DNA from: Octopus sinensis
Taxonomy: Eukaryota
DNA: 64,000 bases
Reading direction: 5' to 3'
NCBI RefSeq assembly: GCF_006345805.1
Contig: NC_043002.1
Span: 45,198,001-45,262,000 of the forward strand
Part shown: positions 33,106 to 48,039 of the stretch, in pieces
How positions within the stretch are numbered: position 1 is the stretch's first letter
How the letters are laid out: each line of letters begins with the position of its first letter
Position numbers and translations under genes: made by a program
Notes under the pieces: generated by a model
What the model saw: the letters and a program-made list of their open reading frames with translations, nothing else
Told to the model about the DNA's origin: nothing
Database searches by the model: none

Positions 33106-33719
33106 GTAGATATGAGTTAAACGTTAGACAACCATCTAAGGGATAATAAATATTCAATATACTACTGGAGGTATACGTATTTATATCCAAATACTCACTG
33201 TTGCAAGGCAATAGTACAATTGAATAACAGGTATAAGTGGGGGTAAACAAAAGTTTAGCCAGAATTTATAAAGCAAGGAAGAAAATGGAGAAGATATTTA
33301 AATGGCAAACACCAACAAGATCTATGGAGTAATACCCTAGGGAGAACTGGTATAATAAACATATATGGTATTTAAAATAGATAAAGTCACATTACACGTA
33401 TAGGGAAAATAGAATATCATACAATAGATAGTGCTCAGACTAGGGAAATGGATAAGGAAAAGATAATATCATCTATGGTAATTTGCTATAACAATTATAG
33501 GGGCCTAACACAGACAATAATGCTTATGGGTTGATATGATTACAATACAGAAAATAACATTATGGAATGTGACTGGTGACAAATAAAAGGGATAGATTTA
33601 GATGAACTATAAATATTTAATCAGGCAAAGAGGTAGAAAGATTTACACTGCGGAGGACCGAGTCCCAAAAAGGTGATATTTTCAATGGAAACACTGATAC
33701 TAATAATAATTATTAATAA

Positions 33720-34080
33720 TAATTAGAGAAGGTGTATTTAGCTTTATGAAGGCATAAAACTTTTATTATTTACTGTTAAATAGAGATAGGTTCGCTTTCA
33801 ACACAAAGAACATTTCAATTACGCATAAATAACATATCTTATTCTTTAAATTATATGCAGGAGTCGAGGCTAGAATTTTCCAATCGAGGTCATAACTAAT
33901 TCTCTTATCCTTAAATTCCCATATATATTTACTTAAACCAGTGGAATTGCTCTTATTTCTGTTCCTAACGGTATGCAAGTGGTAAGTCAATCTGCGTTTC
34001 ATAGAGTTTTGGGTAGTCCCGCTGATGAAGCTTTGGAGTTCAATTTTTGAATAATTTTTATATGATGTGTCAACTTTGGC
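33720..34080 (-). mobile_element. Penelope-like element relic, GIY-YIG endonuclease C-terminus
   Basis: ORF 33766-34002 (STGLSKYIWEFKD...WKIL...CYLCVIE...LFN) follows the C-terminal pattern of Penelope endonucleases. Confidence 0.7.
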
Positions 34081-34709
34081 ATGCTGGACCCCCCAAAGTA
34101 GAAACAGCTGTAATAGTAGAATTGTATTTAGTTATATATTTACTCCTATGATTGTAATTAATAAATAGATCTTGCTGATGTTTGTCAATTACATATTTTC
34201 ATTTTCTTCCTTACTTTATATATACATGCATACATACATACATGTGTGTGAGAGAGAAAGGTTGAGTTCAATTAGAACATTTTTGCTTGGGGGAGTCCAA
34301 AGTTAAATTTCTAATAATTAAAATTGTAGCTTAAAATTGTAAGTACATATATTAAAAAAAATATGAAAATTTAACAAGTATAAGAAGTGTTATGAGCATT
34401 TACATATAAACTCGACTAACAATTAAAGACGGAGAAGAGAAAATGTTAAAAACTTTATAAAATTTTAATCCATGCACACGTTCGTTTCAAATGATAACAC
34501 CAACATGTAAAAAAAAAACATGGAAAAATGAAATTAATTATAATTATCGTTAAATTAATTTAATCACGTACTACTATTCTCCTCAGTGCCAAAGATGGAG
34601 AAAAAATCAGAAGAGATAGTAGCAGAAGAATATTACAGGAGACGACAATGAGTCGCATAACTCAATCGGATATTCATGAATTGATTGCGTAAGATTCATA
34701 GACACACAC

Positions 34710-34743
<34 letters not shown>

Positions 34744-34917
34744 AATGTAATGTAATATAATATGTATGTGTATAATATAATTTAATACAACATAATATAT
34801 ATATATTCATATATATATATATTATATATATATCAAGCGATGGTGGGGGACAAACACACACACACAAGTATACACACACTCACACACGTACACACATATA
34901 TACATATATATATATAT

Positions 34918-35070
34918 ACGATAGGCTTCTTTCAGTTTCCGTTTACCAAATCTACTCACAAAGCTTTGGTCGGCCCGAGGCTATAGTAGAAGATACTTGT
35001 TCAGTGAGACTGAACCCGAAACTATGTGGTCGGTAAGCAAGCTACTTACCACACAGCCATTCCTGCGCCT
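34918..35070 (-). mobile_element. tRNA-derived SINE, third family (copies at 36553-36955 +, 49773-49925 -, 50294-50455 +, 63813-63969 -)
   Basis: Shared GGCGCAGG..TGGCTGTGTGGTAAG...GGTTCAGTC...GGGCCGACCAAAGCCTTGTGAGT...GACGGAAACTGAAAGAA. Confidence 0.85.
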
Positions 35071-35106
35071 ATATATATATCTATATATATATATTATATA
35101 TATATA

Positions 35107-35152
<46 letters not shown>

Positions 35153-36435
35153 TATATATATATCCTCTAAGTCCTGATAAGATATAAACATAGGGTATTT
35201 CCAATGCAGCGCTCAAGCCGAGTTCTCGATTATCAACACTGTCGGATCCTACGCCTGAAATATTTCAGGTGTAGAAAATCCTGGTTTCACGAGGATAGAA
35301 CCGTTTTATCGATTTAGAGAAGAGTAAAATATAATCCAGATAGTAAGTCAAAGGAATACTCTAACACATTTTAATGATTAGTTACATTTGTTTCTGTACT
35401 AACTCTGCTTTCAACTCCAGTTTACGTAGAAGTTCGGAGCAAAAATTTATGTAATATTTGCGGTTAGAGTGGCACTTCACAGTTGCGTCAAAGGTGCACT
35501 CTTACGTCGTGCGTCTCCCAGACTTTGCGTTTTTGCTTGTATTGGGAGAAAATGAAAAGTAAATAAAAGTAAATAAATAGTATGGGAAGGGGATGAGTAA
35601 TTAGTATAAAGATGTGAGAAAAAAAGAAGAAGATGATGAAGAAGTGCTCACTTTTGATGCAAGTCTGAAGTGCCACTCTAATATCTAAAATCGCAAATAC
35701 TACGTATAATTTCACACTTTCAGCTTTTGCGTAAACTGGCATTTAAAGCAGAGTTGTTACAGAAATAATTGTAACTGATCATTAAAGCGTATTTAATGTG
35801 CGAGAGTATTTCTTTGTCATTATTTGCATTATATACACACATATATATACAAACATAATGCATACATATAAGAGAGACAGAGACAGGCAGAAACAAAGAA
35901 AATGCCACTTGTATTTGAACACTATACACATATTTTTTTTTAAAAACCTTTCTTTTAATTTTTCTAAATTGAATTATTTAATTGATACAGTTGAAAAAGT
36001 CTCAATGACTGAAACAGGTACTGAAATGTTTTTTATAAAATTATTTTAGCATTTTCTATCTTGACTTTTTTTTCTACATATATATATATATATATACCTT
36101 CGAGGCACGCTAGGGTTGGGCTGGGGACGGCTGATGAAGGGGATTTTTCCTTGTGTGGTTGTCTTGTACTCTGTTTTTTTCGTTGTTAAAAAAATGGTCC
36201 GTTCCGTGGTGTTTTTGCGTTTTCGTTTCTCGTTGAGTTCTACGTCTATTTGTGGTGTCCTGTACACACGTATATATATTTATATATGCATGGATGCATG
36301 CATGTGGATGTAGGTACGTGCATGTGTGTTTGTGTGTATGCATGTGTTTTGTTTGTTGCACTATTGTATGACTGAGCGCCTTCGCGTCGATTCGATTCGT
36401 TGGGTTTCGTTTCGTTTCTTCTTCTTCTCTAAGCT

Positions 36436-36485
<50 letters not shown>

Positions 36486-36552
36486 TAAATGTGTATATAT
36501 ATATATATATATATAAATGCATACATACATACATACATATATATATACATAC

Positions 36553-36955
36553 TGGATCGTGGCTGTGTGATAAAAAGCTTGTTTCCCAACCACATGGTTC
36601 TGTGTTCAGTTCTACTGCGTGGCACCTTGGGCCAATGTCTTCTACTATAGTGCTGGGCCGACCAAAACCTTATGAGTGAATGTGGCTGACGGAAACTGAA
36701 AGAATCCCGTTGTATTTAAGGTATATATATGTGTATGGGTGTGTGGGGTGTTTTTGTATGTTTTGTACCCCCCACCACTTGACAACCGGTGTTGGTGCGT
36801 TTACGTCTCCGTAACTTAGCGGTTCGGCAAAAGAGACCGATAAGATAAATACCAGGCTTTAAATCGTATGTACTGGGGTCGATACACTCCACTAAAAATT
36901 CTTGAAAATGGTGCCCCAGCAAAGCCGCAGTCTAATGATTGAAACAAGTAAAAGT
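36553..36955 (+). mobile_element. Third-family SINE with extended 3' body
   Basis: Head and body as above, continued by GACAACCGGTGTTGGTGCGTTTACGTC...GGTTCGGCAAAAGAGACCGAT. Confidence 0.75.
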
Positions 36956-36959
36956 TAAA

Positions 36960-37002
<43 letters not shown>

Positions 37003-37759
37003 GAGAGAGGGGGGAGTTATGCGAACAAACAAGTAAGACTTCTTGGGTTTGATATACATGTCCACATGTAAGTAGAGAGAAAGTAAAGGCTGAAATTTTC
37101 AGACGATGAATATTCAAGTATAAATATATAGATATTATATATATATAGCAAACTTATACAGAGAACAAACGACAAGGAAAATTAAAGGGGAGAAGGTATG
37201 GTGTTAGAAGTCCGACAACTGTTTCTGGGGGATTGGAGATCCTTCATAATGTTGGCAGATGTAGTTCACCAGAATATGCAAACCAGTAATAAATACAAAT
37301 AAACATTGGATGAATCCAGCCTCTATCTTCAGGCTTGGGAAAAAATCTGACCTTTCTGATCGTGATAGAGAGAAGTTTAAAGGTGTCGTATGACCTCTGT
37401 GTAAATTTACTCTGTTAAGTTATAAATATATCTGTATTTATATTTGAATATTCATCGTCTGAAAATTTGTACTTTGCTTTCTCTTTGCTTACAAGTATAC
37501 ATGTATATATATTTTGTACATCAAGCCCAAGCAGTTTTATTTGTTTCTTCGCATAATTGTATCCGTATCTGCTCACCTAGACTTGATCCTCGGACTTGAT
37601 GCCCGGTAAAGATATCGGAATGTGAGTTAAAATCAGTTGAGAGCTAAGTATTTTCTGTTGAAAATCTTTGGATTTCATCTGTTGACTCTCTCTCTCCGTC
37701 TTTCACTCTCTCTCTCTCTCTCCCTCTTTATCTCTCTCTTCTTCTCCCTCTCCCCATAT

Positions 37760-37795
<36 letters not shown>

Positions 37796-38544
37796 TTGTG
37801 CGTGCGCACGCGTGTATGTGTGCATGTGTGTGTGTTTCATTTTCATCTCAACTATGATAATTATAAAACCGAAGTACCCAGCTTTCAGTTGAATTCCAAA
37901 TACTTTACCTGGCTTCAAAGGGTACGCCATCTTCAAAGGTGTAACTTTGAAAGGATCGGGATTTTATTTGCTTGTTTGTTTCCTTTTTTTTTCCACAATA
38001 CCGTAGCATTTCAATCTGTTACTTCAAACGGTGATTTTTAAGATACCAAAATTTGGAGTTCGTTTTTATTGTTCGTGATATACTTACGTTAACATATAGA
38101 AAGCATTCTTATTTTTTGGAAGGATTATCAACTATTATCTAAGTTATTTTACTTGATTCACTATCATAGTCTATGTAAAAAATTTAAGCCTTCCACTTGT
38201 CTATACTATGGTGGTGACTTATTTTATCTGCATCTTCTATTGTTGTTAAAATACAAAATGCACTGGAATCAGTTCTACTTGCTTTTGCTTGTAGATATTA
38301 GTGTATTATTAGGTCAAATTTCCCTTACTGCATTGCTTATTGCTCCCCTTAGCTCAGTAGGTACTTAAGAATGACAATGAGAGAAAAGGAGATAGATATA
38401 TCTTGAAAGATTTACTGAGAATGTTATGCATACTACTAATTTATGCTCATTTCAGAGAAAGTAGCACGAGATAAATTGACTGAAAAAGAAAGCTTTGTAG
38501 ACTTGTTGTTGTACGTGTTTATGAGAGAATATTTTCCTTTCAGT

Positions 38545-38940
38545 AAGGCTGCGAGCTGGCAGAAACGTTAGCACGCCGGGTGAAATGCTTAGCAGTATTT
38601 CGTCTGCCACTACGTTCTGAGTTCAAATTCCGCCGAGATCGACTTTGCCTTTCATCCTTTTGGGGTCGATTAAATAAGTACCAGTTACGCACTGGGGTCG
38701 ATATAATCGACTTAATCCGTTTGTCTGCCCTTGTTTGTCCTCTCTGTGTTTAGCCCCATGTGGGTAGTAACGAAATCGGTATTTCATCTGTCTTTATGTT
38801 CTGAATTCAAATTCTGCCGAGGTCGACTTTGCCTTTCATCCTTTCGGGTTCGATAAATAAAGTACCAGTTGCATACTAGGTTCGATCTAATCGACTGGCC
38901 CCCTCCCCCAAAATTTCGGGCCTTGTGCCTAGAGTAGAAA
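38545..38940 (+). mobile_element. Composite SINE: head + tailed unit + base-type body, with 19-bp TSD
   Basis: Tail ...GTGGGTAGTAACGAAATCG (ends 38778) is directly followed by GTATTTCATCTG. Perfect TSD AGAATATTTTCCTTTCAGT at 38526-38544 and 38941-38959. Confidence 0.88.
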
Positions 38941-39307
38941 AGAATATTTTCCTTTCAGTTGCATAAAGGATATTTGTGAATAATGCAACACTAAACCATA
39001 TATTTGTGTAATACTCAATGTGAAGCTTCCTTGAGTACTTTCTCTTTTATGCTATTTATTAGATGCAATACGAACGCACACACAAATACATTTGTATGTG
39101 TGTATGCATATATGCATGCATACACACAGATACACACATACACACATATATAAATGCATACATAAACGAGCACAAGTATTATTCAATGATTCAATGTTTT
39201 TAGACAAGTGTCTTATTCACAGATACAATGCAACGCCTTTGGCAGGATGCGAACCTTTAGTTTCCTGAATATTTGTTTTTTACCCTTCGATTGACCCATC
39301 TGCTCTA

Positions 39308-39346
<39 letters not shown>

Positions 39347-40797
39347 TTTTCTTCTTCTTCTTCTTCTTCTTCTTCTTCTTCTTCTTCTTCTTCTTCTTCT
39401 TCTTCTTCTTCTTCTCTCTAGTGTATTATTTACTTAGACAATCCCGTATATATAAATGGCAAGGAAGATCTCCATGAATTGAGTTAAGATCGAAGATGGA
39501 TAAAATAAAATGCTGTATTACATTTAGTCGATGCTGACTGTATCTCTACAATTGTTAGAACAAAACTCTGTATGATATTTTGTCAGTTTTTAGGTATAAT
39601 TCATTAGTTATTTGTCTTCCTTGTCCAAGTTAAAGGTACTGACATTTTCTATCACTTTTTATATCTAAATATCTGAAAGGAGATATTAAATTTCCTGAAC
39701 TTTTAACCTCATCTCGAGCGTTTCTACGTTCTATATCTTGATTGTCTTGATTTGTTCAATATCGAAAGTGCTTTTGCTTTCCAGAGTGGGAAAATATTGA
39801 ACCAATAAAGGATCAGGTATGCAGAGTAATTATTTCTAATGCATGGTTTCAACAATTTCAACCACTATTCCACTTTCTCATGAAATAATTATATCTGTTC
39901 TAGGGATGTACGAACACATTTCACTTACAGAAGACTTGTGTAACTGCGAAATTTGCGATTTCTGTGCACCTAATTATAATTTCCATATCAGTATGAACTC
40001 ATATATTCCAAATTCATTATTTTAGAGAGTATATTTAAGAAGTAACCATTCTAAGTAATTAACCTTCGGCTTTTGTAATTTCTCCATATGAGAATAGGAA
40101 AACTTTTATTTTCCACAACGGAAAATAAAACTTATTTCAATGTAAATTTTTATCATCATCATCGTAAATTATAACCATTATAATATATCTTCAAAATCAT
40201 TATAATATATGTTCATATTCATCGTTATTGTCACAATAATTATCGCCGGCCATTTATAACGCTATGGCTATCCAAGGAGCCTGGAAAATATGTAATCAAG
40301 TTTGTAGTTCTATTTCATATTAAATTACCAAGACATGGCATATTACTGATCATATCTAAAGCAAAATTACTTATATTGAAGATTATATTTGTCTCTTTAT
40401 ACCAATTTTATCAAGAACAAAGTTTTCCAATAAAAGTAATTTGAAGGTAATTTTTTTTTAATTCGACAACTAAATACCATTTTATTTGCCATACACACAT
40501 TTTAAGTAGCCAAAATGTAATCACAAATGTTTTAACAGTTTTTCATCAGGACTGAAATTTGGCTCAGATAATAGATATGACAAAGTAAGCTTTGGAAGAA
40601 TCTACGAACTAGAAGAATATATTCTTGAAAAATATCACGCTATCGTTTTCTTTTCAACTTAATTTCAAGATAAGCAAAGGTTAACTCAGTGCAGTCTTAA
40701 ACACCAACAACAACAAAACGCCACCTGACGAGTCCAACAAAGGTGGTTGTACAATGTCGCTCTACTTGCAAGAAATTTCTCTCTCTCTCTATCTCTT

Positions 40798-40855
<58 letters not shown>

Positions 40856-43679
40856 CCCTTTCTCAAATAAGAGCTAACTTTCTTACTAATGGAAGAACAT
40901 CGGACAGACAATGTATTTTCTACTATGCCGTGTCGGTAAAAAGAGGAGATGTTCATTGATAGAAAGTCATTGATTATAGGTCTGCTCTATTGAAACTAAC
41001 CTAGAGACAGTAGCAAAATTACTTAATAACGTTAGCTATACGCGGTAGCTGATAGTTTTATTCCTTTTTAGACAGTGTTAATACATTAAGGAATGTTGGG
41101 GTAAGAGATAAATCGAAAAGCTAAATGCTCTTCATTCTGAGTTTAAATCTTGTCAAAATTGACTTTGCTTTCCTTCTTCCATGATTAATAAATAAATAAG
41201 GGGAGAGTTTACGAAAAAATCAAAAGACGAAGACAGGTGGTGTACAAAACAAACAGATGTATTAGTATAACGCTCAGGAATAGAAAAAATCTTTTATGTT
41301 TCGAGCCTACGCTCTTCTACAGAAAGGGACACAGAAAAAACAAGGTGAGAGAAAAATGTGTTTAGTGGCTAACGATCTATCATGGCGACTAAATAAATAA
41401 CCCCGGCATGTACCAATGTTGATGGAATCGAGGAAATCCTTCGCTACAAATGTTTTAGTTTATGCTAATGTTGAAAATCTCTTATAGGTTGATAAACGAT
41501 GGTGCAGAGTTCGAGGCAGCGATAGACTGACGGACTAAAATACCTTCCAACATTCTAACTTTGCATTTCTTACCTTTCAGCTGATAAATAGCTACCGATA
41601 ACATGCATGAATCTATTCTCTCAACTATATCTGGGCCTCCAAAAATTTGACTTTGTGTAAAGTAAAAATCAATGCACTGGACGAGTGTTGAATTAAAAAA
41701 TTTCATCTTTCTTTTATGCAGAAGTGACTAATTTTAGGATTATACGAAGTTTTAGCATAGAGTGATTTTTTTTTCATAATATAAAAGTAACGCAATGAAT
41801 TACTCATTAATATTTAATCGGTGCTTTTCCATTTGATCCAACGCACTTCCAAACCTATGAAAAATAATTTTATCAATATTACTCCAACATAATATGTAAG
41901 TGTTCTAAGAAAAATATAACGTTTGCTTTCGATTTTCAAAATTCAGTTTGGTTTTTATATTAACTATATGAGATTTTTTTAAAATTATAAATATTTAAAT
42001 ATTTATAAAAAAAGATAATAGTGAATGTTCTTTAAATGTGGAAGTATTTCTTAGATTTATTTATATATTTTCTTTAAAAAAAGCAAACTTAAGATAATTT
42101 TGTCACAAATATTTTGAGGATATATCTCTTCATTGTTTCGTTCTCTTCGGGGGTTTTTTTTGTGGGCGGGGGAGAGTGGGGATGAAATAGAGTAAGAAAA
42201 ATTGTATTTTATTTTTAAAAAATACATGTAATTTCTTAGGCAAAATATAAGTTCTTTTTCCTAAATACAAACAATTTTCTCTCATTTATCAATAAGTTAA
42301 AAACAGCTGCTCTTTAAAATACATAAGTATGTGTATGTGTGTGTATGAATGCATGTGTGTGTATGTGTGTTTGCGAATGTGTGTGTGTGTAAACAGGCAT
42401 TTTTGTATTTTTTCCAAAACACACACTTGTATCTAATTAAAAAGTTACCAAATTTTAGACAGTCAGATCTAAAGCAATTTTCCCATATTAAACCAAGATG
42501 GCCAAATCAATTTAACGCTGTGCCTTGCCTCAGATATTCTTCATTAGCTTTCTCTTTATATTATTTCTTTGTATTTTCTTTGTTTTGTAATTAAAGGGAC
42601 TATATTCTACTTCACATATATTGAAATTCTTTCTTACACACGCGATTCATTTTGCAATTATTTATTTAACCATTGTTTTCAAAATTTTCTAACAGTTATA
42701 CTACATTATAATTACAGTGTTTTCCTTTGCATTCCATTTGGCATAAATATACTTTTTCAAAAACACTATCAAATATTCATGTTAATTGACAATTTTCAGA
42801 AGTGCCGCGTGATAATCTTCCATAATGATATTATGCTTTGATCCATTGGTTAAATTAGGGATAATGCAATATTTGTAGTCAAGTATTTTGTGACAATTAG
42901 ATTTGATATAACTCCTTTTTCATTCAATGTGGAGGAATAATTATCCAACAGCAACATTAACTCGACAATTAAAATTTATATATTCTGAAACCGGTCTTCA
43001 ATATTTTCTATTCAGCCACGCTAAGAATCCCAAAGGGTATTTTTTATGCAAACTCAAGTATCATCTTGTTCTAGTTCTTGGGAAGGAGCTAGTACTGCAA
43101 CTGTTACTGCTTTCGATCATCCAAGTGGTGGGAGGATAAGGTTAGTAGTAGTAGTAGTAGTAATTTCACTCATCTGTTATTGTGGCACTTTGTGGTGGTG
43201 GTGGTGGTGGTGGTGGTGGTGATGATGATGATATTTCTAGTAGTGATGTTTGATAAGTTGTTCTCTTCGTTTAGCATGTTGTAGTTTTCGTTATCGTTAA
43301 TGTTGCTGTCGACCGTTATGGACTCTTAAACTTTTCATCCACCGACAGAGTTAAGAAGAGACATTTCAGAGGCGGATTCCATTTTCTTCACAAAATCACC
43401 TACTTTGTTGGCTAGATGTCGAAAATTATGCCAACTTCCATTTAATGTTTATTCAAAGCAAAATTTTCGAGAATATTTTTCTCCAAATTTTAACATTAAA
43501 GAGGCAAGAAGTAAAGGAACTGACAAACCAATTGAGGTTCTGGTTAGCTTCACAACAAATTCATGAAAATAACGATCAAAACTGTCTAACTAGACAAATA
43601 AACAAAATTATGAACAGTTTTCAAATACATGCCACTAGTATGGAGGCAATAATAATAATCCTTTTTACTATAGATACAA

Positions 43680-43860
43680 AACCTGAAATTTTAGGTGATC
43701 GGCTAGACGATTTCATCGATCCCGTAATTAACTAGTACTTATTTTATCTCCCCGAAATCATGAAAGCAAAGTGACTTCGACGAAATTTAAACGCAACAAA
43801 CGAAATGCCTAGGCATTTTGTCCGGTGAGCTAACGATTCTGCCAGATCCCTGCCTGAAAT
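43680..43860 (-). mobile_element. Diverged base-type SINE
   Basis: Degenerate match to the SINE body and head (GCTAACGATTCTGCCAG). Confidence 0.6.
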
Positions 43861-44384
43861 GATCATGATAATGCTTTTTCTTTCCCACAGGGATATCAAT
43901 AACTAGCAGTACCCGTGAAAAATCCATGGTTATTTTGAAAATTGTAAGCTGGAATTGTATATTTTTTCTGAAGGATATGAGACTTGAGATGGTTTAAAAG
44001 TTCACATAGGTAGTATTGAAGTTGCAGTCTCAAAAAGATAAACATCTTTAAAAACTACATCCTTAAAGCTTGAGCTTCATTATGATTACATGCAACATAT
44101 ATGTCACCAATTTTCTAACGTTCAACCATGTTTTTTCGAGCTTTTTTTTTCCTTGTCGTTCTCGTTCAATTTTATTTTATATCAGTCTTGAACTCTTTCT
44201 TTCATCAATTGTAAATATTCATTGCATTCGAGTTCATTTAATTTTTTTCTCTTCTATGCTGTTGCTCCCGTGCTTGTTCTAGTTGTTCAATTCTCTGCTA
44301 CTGTCTATGCAGTACTTTACATGTTCCCATACTTTCCTTTGTCTGCTCGCGTCGTCTAGTGAAGTCCACATTTAAAAAAATATA

Positions 44385-44604
44385 TACGAGGTGGTGCTGA
44401 AAAGTTCCTGGCTTTGGGTAAAAGAAAATAAAAGAGGATCAGTTAATTACGATTTTATTCCACATATTCCCGTCTCCGATTCACACACATGTTGCAGTGA
44501 TCCTTCAGTTTTTCTAAGCCCTGTAAAAGAACTCAGAAAGTTGGGTCTCCAACCAGGCCTTTTGCGACACCCTGAAAGCCAGGAACGCTTCAGCACCCCA
44601 CATA
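44385..44604. mobile_element. Tc1/mariner-type MITE copy
   Basis: TA|CGAGGTGGTGCTGAAAAGTTCCTGGCTTT ... GAAAGCCAGGAACGCTTCAGCACCCCACA|TA. Confidence 0.75.
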
Positions 44605-45719
44605 TATAAGTTTCAGAATAAAATTTTGAATTAAAAGCAGCTCTTATAATGTAAGCATTACTAATATTCTGTATTTACTGATTTTATTTTGTTTATGCAC
44701 TTAATAATTGCAGCATTTCGTCCAAAGAAAATTCTTTTCAATCGTGGAGTGTTATAAGACACTGAATATTTCAAAACTTAACAAAACTAATTGCCCAGAA
44801 GTGAACGAGATTAGTGGATATCGGTATTTCACTGCTTTTTCAGTTCATCGGCTCCGTATACCTTAAAACGAATTCGAATTGCTGGTCTGAGGTATATATG
44901 CAGATAGTGTAAAATTTATCTGCTGATATGCTTAACAGCACCGCACAAATAAAACAAAATTAAATTTAAAATTATAAGCTGTTTTTATAATATAAGCATT
45001 ATTGATGTCCCATACTTAATGTATACGTTTTGTTTATGCGTTTCGTCGGGTTTTGAGGTATTCAATGTATTTTGGGGATGACATTCCCTGGACGAAATTC
45101 TACAGTTAATAAGCGTATAAACAAAACTTACATTAAGTATGCGGCATCAGTAATGTTTATATAAATTTCAACTTCGTAGACGATACTTAATTGCACTAAA
45201 GGACATGAGTTAAACGATGGGCGATATAAAGATATTAAACCAAAAAACTTTTCACTGTCCAATTTCCACCGCTACCCCAACTAAGCAATATCCCTACTGA
45301 TACCACCACTATACATTACAGCAACGAGACTCAGTCCAGGTTATTTGTCAATAAAGATTATTTTCATTTCTTTTTTTTTTTTTTTTCATTTCTATTATCT
45401 ATCCGCATATCTATTGATATATCTGTAGATCTGCCGACTTCTAACTACCTACTTATCTATTTATCTATCTATCACACTTATATTTCTTTCTGTTGCGTGT
45501 ATCTGTCTTTCTGACTCCTCTGGCAATACGAGTAAGCATTTAAACCAAATAAAAAAAAAATAGAGTTAATAATGGCATTGTCCCAGTATGACCGCAGCTT
45601 TTCAGTTGGAGCACATAAAAGACGAAAAACTAAAAGAATAACACCCACAGTTCTTTGAATTGATTCACTTTCTTCAAGTTACAAATCACTTCAAAGTTTT
45701 CCGATTTTATTAGCATGTC

Positions 45720-45885
45720 GTCCGTCTCTACGTTCTAACTTCAAATTCCGCCGAGGTCAACATTGCTTTCATCTTTTCGGAGTCGATAAAATAAGCACCA
45801 GGTGAGCACTTGGGTCAATGTAATCGCTATCCCCCCCTTTTCTGAAATTGCTGACTTCGTGCAAAAATTTAAAACCATTATTATT
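45720..45885 (+). mobile_element. Base-type SINE lacking its head
   Basis: TTCAAATTCCGCCGAGGTCAAC...TTTCATCTTTTCGG body and CCCCCC...AAATTGC tail. Confidence 0.7.
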
Positions 45886-47915
45886 GTTGTTGTTGTTGTT
45901 ATTATCATCATTACTGCATGTATAAATGAATGACCCACCAGGACCTATTGCATTTAATAGTACATTAAAATGTATACAAAGGTACTGGTAAATGTGAGGA
46001 AGGAGCACAGATATCATGTACTATATGCTATCATTAATTATGCAAAATCATTAAAATGTGTGTATTATGGAAATAAATATATAAGGAATAGAAATTAAAT
46101 ACAAAACTAAAGATGGCAACACACGCTAACATATAACTAAGAAGCCACAACCTAATCAGGACATTCTACCATTCAGGCTGCTTTCCGTTCCAGCATTCTT
46201 AGTGTTGAACGAAGCATGCAGTCCCAGATCATTAGAGGAATTTAGCTTAGTCATTGACAACTTCAGCTCGCGGGACTTTCTGAATAGCACGCCTAATGAA
46301 TAATCACCTTGAAATTTTTTTTAGTAGTGCAGCCCATCACATGGTGAGCCATGTTTCACGCAGTCTGCTTCTAAAAAGAACTTCGTTCATGTTTGATTCA
46401 GCTGGACACGACGGCCAGGGGTATCTTTACTCTTTTGAACGCATATAGAAATCTGCTCAGATTTTGACAATGCAGAGATGAGAAACATTCAAAGCTCTCG
46501 CATTATCATGAAATTCCTTGACAGTGAATGTGCCCTTCTTCACAAAGTTCTGCCAAGCAATTTTTTTCTCTCCAAGATGGTTTTTCAGTATCTGCATATC
46601 TGTTACTGGCAGCGTTAAAAATAGGACCCTGTCATTTTTTCACTGGTTGTTCATTTAGCAAAACGTGTGTATGCCTGAGTGCATTGTTTTTTGTTTTTGT
46701 TTTTTTTTGGGGGGGGGGGTTCATATCGTTGAAATATTTGAGTGGATTCTAGTTTAGATTTTCATTCTGAATGTTTTTATTTCTGCTATTGTTTTCTGTT
46801 TATTATTTGTGTATTTGTGATTTTTTGAAAAATTTTATTACCTTAGAACTAAATATATTACCGGATCCCGAAAAGACTAGCTTATTTAAACAGAGTTATT
46901 TACAAAACCAAAATCATACCAGCAATTAAAATACCACATTTAAAAGAAACAATATCTCCTCAAAATATAAATAAGACAAACGTCGAAGACAAACTTAAAG
47001 AGTGCTAAAATAATAATGGATATAACAAACCACCACGAATCCAAACGCTTAGAACACCTAGAGAATACTGAGCAACAAAAACTGAACCAAGACATCACAA
47101 ACACAAAATATAAGATAAGGAAATGTGAGGGAGGTGTAAGAATAGGAAATTCTAAAGGTGAAAATTACCAAATGGTATTCAAAAATGAAACACAAGGCCT
47201 ATGAAAGGGTAGATGAATTCAGGAATGTTAACAGCTACCCACTAATGTGTGCATATATGTATGTACACGTATACACTATATCGGATATATGCGTATTTAC
47301 GATATATACGTAAATTCATATGAGAGGAAGGTAGCCTGATATGAAATCTATTGTGTTTGTAGTTTCTGATCATCTTGCTTTTATCTGCTTTTGCCTCTAG
47401 TTTAAAGCTTCAAACTTTTAAAGTGGCACTTGTGTGGCACTTGTGTGACCCAAGCGTTTGACACTATAATGCTTGAGGCGTCAGTACTCTTTGTATTTTC
47501 CCTTTTCTCGGTGCAAATAAAGACCTGAACATGTTGGAGCAACAAATAGTTGATGAAACTTTCATTCTAATGGTCGGATACCGCACGGGTACGCCACGAT
47601 ATATATGTATGTGCGAGTGTGTGTATGATCGGGTTTGTCTCACATGATATATGCTGAACATGACTGAAGAAGATTGTCGTGCTGATGACACGTATTGAGG
47701 CAGAAACATGTGTTCAAGATTATTGGCTAAACTTCCAGTCAATAAACTTGTCCTTTTCCTTAATGACATGACAACTTTGGAGAATTTATCAAGTTTTGAG
47801 ATTATCTCATGTTCTGATATGGCGCAGGTCTTAATTACTATTTGATAATTATGACATCCTCTAGAGGATAAAATAATTCGATGATTCTAATAAATCAAGA
47901 ACTTATGTGTGTGCG

Positions 47916-47966
<51 letters not shown>

Positions 47967-48039
47967 AAACAAAATGAGATAACAATGCCAAGGCTGTGAA
48001 GAGTTTTCAGGAAATTTATAAGGAAAAGATATAGATATA

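Noticed and set aside
33990-34050. CTGATGA at ~34022 as a hammerhead core
   Set aside because: No stem II or GAAA follows. It is the antisense of Penelope coding sequence.
46140-46690. Relatively GC-rich, partly open minus-strand frame
   Set aside because: Contains stops and a frameshift, and I cannot recognise any protein family; a homology search is needed.
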